DNA of 64,000 nucleotides from Setoptus koraiensis (Eukaryota; Animalia; Arthropoda): NCBI GenBank assembly GCA_048013815.1, contig CM106586.1, positions 2,976,001 to 3,040,000 of the forward strand, read 5' to 3'. Shown piece by piece: positions 61,576 to 64,000 of this stretch (position 1 is its first letter; each line of letters starts with the position of its first letter). The notes under the pieces were generated by a model. It saw only the letters and a program-made list of their open reading frames with translations, ran no database searches and was not told where the DNA came from. The position numbers and the translations under genes were made by a program.

Positions 61576-61962
61576 TCAATTATCAATCTCTATTTTGTGT
61601 CTATTTGTTTGTATAGCTAGTTTGGGTATCCAACGTGTCCAACTTGGAGCATTGTTGAGATGAGTTTTGACTCTGAAATCCGGTATATTGATAGTCGGCA
61701 ACTGAATCCTCATCGCTGGAAGAAAGGCGCTCGCTCTCAAATTCATATGGGGATTATCTGCAGGACCAATTTCAGTATCGTCAACGACAAAATATTCAGA
61801 ATCTGATGTTTCATTGTGTGTATTAAAAAAGTTTTTTTGCGACAAGTGTGCTATTACGGGAAGATGGATAAAATCATTGTAATCGGGTTCCTTAATTGGT
61901 GATCCTGAGCACGGATGAATTAAAACTATGGTGCCTAAGAGTAGTGTTAGTGAGTATGACAT
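61576..61962 (-). CDS. Orphan secreted protein C (128 aa from MSYSL at 61962)
   Basis: Signal peptide MSYSLTLLLGTIVLIHPCSG-SP, acidic spacer, Pro/aromatic beta-like C-terminal half; intronless. Confidence 0.7.
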   Translation of the reverse strand: MSYSLTLLLGTIVLIHPCSGSPIKEPDYNDFIHLPVIAHLSQKNFFNTHNETSDSEYFVVDDTEIGPADNPHMNLRASAFLPAMRIQLPTINIPDFRVKTHLNNAPSWTRWIPKLAIQTNRHKIEIDN

Positions 61963-63298
61963 GTTTAGTTTGCAAACATACAAATTTATGTCGGGTGGCG
62001 ACTGTTGAGTAAAATTGGTGTTATCTCGGTGATGAGCTATTGGTGAGATTTAGCCATACAAAGAAACGTTTGTATAGTGACATAATGACGGCATCCAAGT
62101 GTAAATGATGCCTCTAAATAAGAATGCGAAAGCATCATTAGAAAGTATCATACCGCGATGATAACTTTGCATAGATAGCCGGCATTTGCGGGCAAGTCGA
62201 GGTCAATTCTTCAACTTTGGCGCTTTTAGCCAAAGTTGAATAAGTAAAAAACGGTAGAGGGCCAGCCGTAGAACTGTGTATGTTTCTGATGAGTGCAAAG
62301 CCCAAGGAGGATTGGTCGAGGCCACAGACAATGGAAGATTTTCACTTTGTGAAGTGTATGTGGTTAATTTCGAATCGCGCGCTACTTAGTTGAACTGAGC
62401 GAAGCAAAGAGCGCCTCAATAAATATATCTTTGCTAGCTGTATCCAGTGTGCAATTATAACAGTGACGTGCCAGTGGAGTATAATAGTGTGGGCCAGTGT
62501 AAACCGTTCTTTGGAGCAGTGGTGAACTGTTAGTAAAGTGTAATGGCATTTTGCATGCGCTAGAGTGCTGGCGTTCATCGCGGAGAATGTTTCTTCTAGT
62601 TTACAGACAGACACACAGACAGACAAACACACAGACACGCATCGAATTGCTTCATTGACGCACGCACACAGAGATGAATGCCTGGCAAGATGGCGCACGG
62701 GCAAACGGTTAGTGGAATATATAACTCTTGAAGCGCTGGTCAGAACCTTGAACCGCCTTGTGCTATGCCTACAAGATAGCTATTAATAGATAGCAGCACT
62801 AACGATATACGAATATATTTAATTATAATTACCGACGATAACAGCACAATTATTATCCTTGTCGCTGTATTGATTTAATTGGAACAGATGATGACCTTCA
62901 ACAACCTGCCACATTTAATCTGAAAGTTGGCCACCGACACACACACGCACGCACCGCAACCACCATCAAATCCACGGGCAATACTATCATTATTAGTACA
63001 AATATATATATATTTATATACAGATATTTATTCATTCATCCACACACACACACAGACTAACTCATATCATTTTAGACTAGTAGCGAGACAGAGGGAGAGA
63101 GAGAGAGAGAGGGAAAGAATATAGCAGTAATCAGATAAACGCGCTTCGTTATCGATCTTCATGATACACACCATCGCCAGCACAGCAATCTAGCAGCCTA
63201 CCCAGACCAACAACACCGACCACAACGACCGCAGCAGCAACGACAACAACAATAACAACCACTATCACAACAACAACAACAACAACAGCAACAACAAC

Positions 63299-63904
63299 AT
63301 GACCTACGGCAGAAATAGGGTATTCATTGGCGGCCTAGAGCCGGTCATCACCAAAGAGGACATCGAGAAAGAATTTGGCAAATTCGGAAAGCTAGAAAAT
63401 GTTTGGGTGGCCCAAAATCCGCCAGGCTTTGCATTTATTGTTTACGGCGAACAACAAGACGCCGAAAATGCCGTGGACAAAATGAACGGTCAGACGTTCA
63501 TGGGCGGAAAATTGCGCGTTGAACACTCCAGGCCAAAGCCACCGGGAGCTAGAAGAGGTGGCGGCGGCTACGTCGGTGGGCCACCTAGACGCGACGGCGG
63601 CGGTGGCTACATCGGCGGAGGTGCATACAGAAACGGCCGCGGCAGCTACAATAGTACCAGCTACGGTGCCCCCCATTACGCTCGTTCACAGCCCTACGGG
63701 GGCCCAGGAGCTGGCGGTGACCGCGGTGGCGGCCGGCCAGAACGACGCGACCACGGAGACAGATCCGTGGGCGGGGGTCGCGCAAACGGAAGATACCATG
63801 ACGCAGACAGTTATGGCGATTCGAGACCTCCCAGAAGAGACGACGGCCCAAGATCTAGAGAGTACCGCTCAGGCGGTAGAAGCCCACCGAGGAGATACAG
63901 TTAA
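63299..63904 (+). CDS. SR-related RRM protein, Rsf1/SRSF3-SRSF7-like (201 aa)
   Basis: RRM with VWVAQNPPGFAFI signature, followed by a Gly/Arg-rich tail ending GRSPPRRYS without long RS repeats, as in Drosophila Rsf1. Confidence 0.88.
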   Translation: MTYGRNRVFIGGLEPVITKEDIEKEFGKFGKLENVWVAQNPPGFAFIVYGEQQDAENAVDKMNGQTFMGGKLRVEHSRPKPPGARRGGGGYVGGPPRRDGGGGYIGGGAYRNGRGSYNSTSYGAPHYARSQPYGGPGAGGDRGGGRPERRDHGDRSVGGGRANGRYHDADSYGDSRPPRRDDGPRSREYRSGGRSPPRRYS

Positions 63905-64000
63905 AGCACACCAAAACTACAACAACAATTAGATCAGTTAGTTAGCCAGTAACTATATGAATATGTAATAATACTAATACCTATGACATCTACGCATACA

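Noticed and set aside
29144-63932. Antisense and alternative-frame ORFs overlapping the recognised genes (e.g. 29235-29570, 30680-31150, 34595-34846, 57130-57516, 63519-63932)
   Set aside because: Shadow ORFs expected from the codon structure of the real CDS.

Overview
Eukaryotic (arthropod) genomic DNA read in the standard genetic code. Nearly intron-free housekeeping genes suggest an acariform mite, possibly an eriophyoid; this is inference, not a database result. The window has three compartments. (1) About 1-28.9 kb is saturated with micro/minisatellites and short hairpins. It holds a tandem pair of diverged, intronless, secreted-protein paralogues (8.6-10.4 kb), a TATA+Inr spliced transcript at 3.4 kb, and the first coding exon of an unidentified minus-strand gene (23.4-23.9 kb). 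(2) About 29.2-42.9 kb is a compact, almost intronless cluster: cyclin E, TRM5, a CYP3-clan P450, UBE2G2, Beclin-1, MICOS10 and USP48. (3) About 43-64 kb is long non-coding sequence leading to a rotund/squeeze/lin-29 zinc-finger gene, an orphan secreted protein and an Rsf1/SRSF3-7-like RRM gene. No rRNA, tRNA, CRISPR array or intact transposon was recognised. Best novelty candidates: the orphan secreted helical family, the micropeptide/frameshifted-prepropeptide transcript, and an excess of perfect hairpins including a 19-bp stem.
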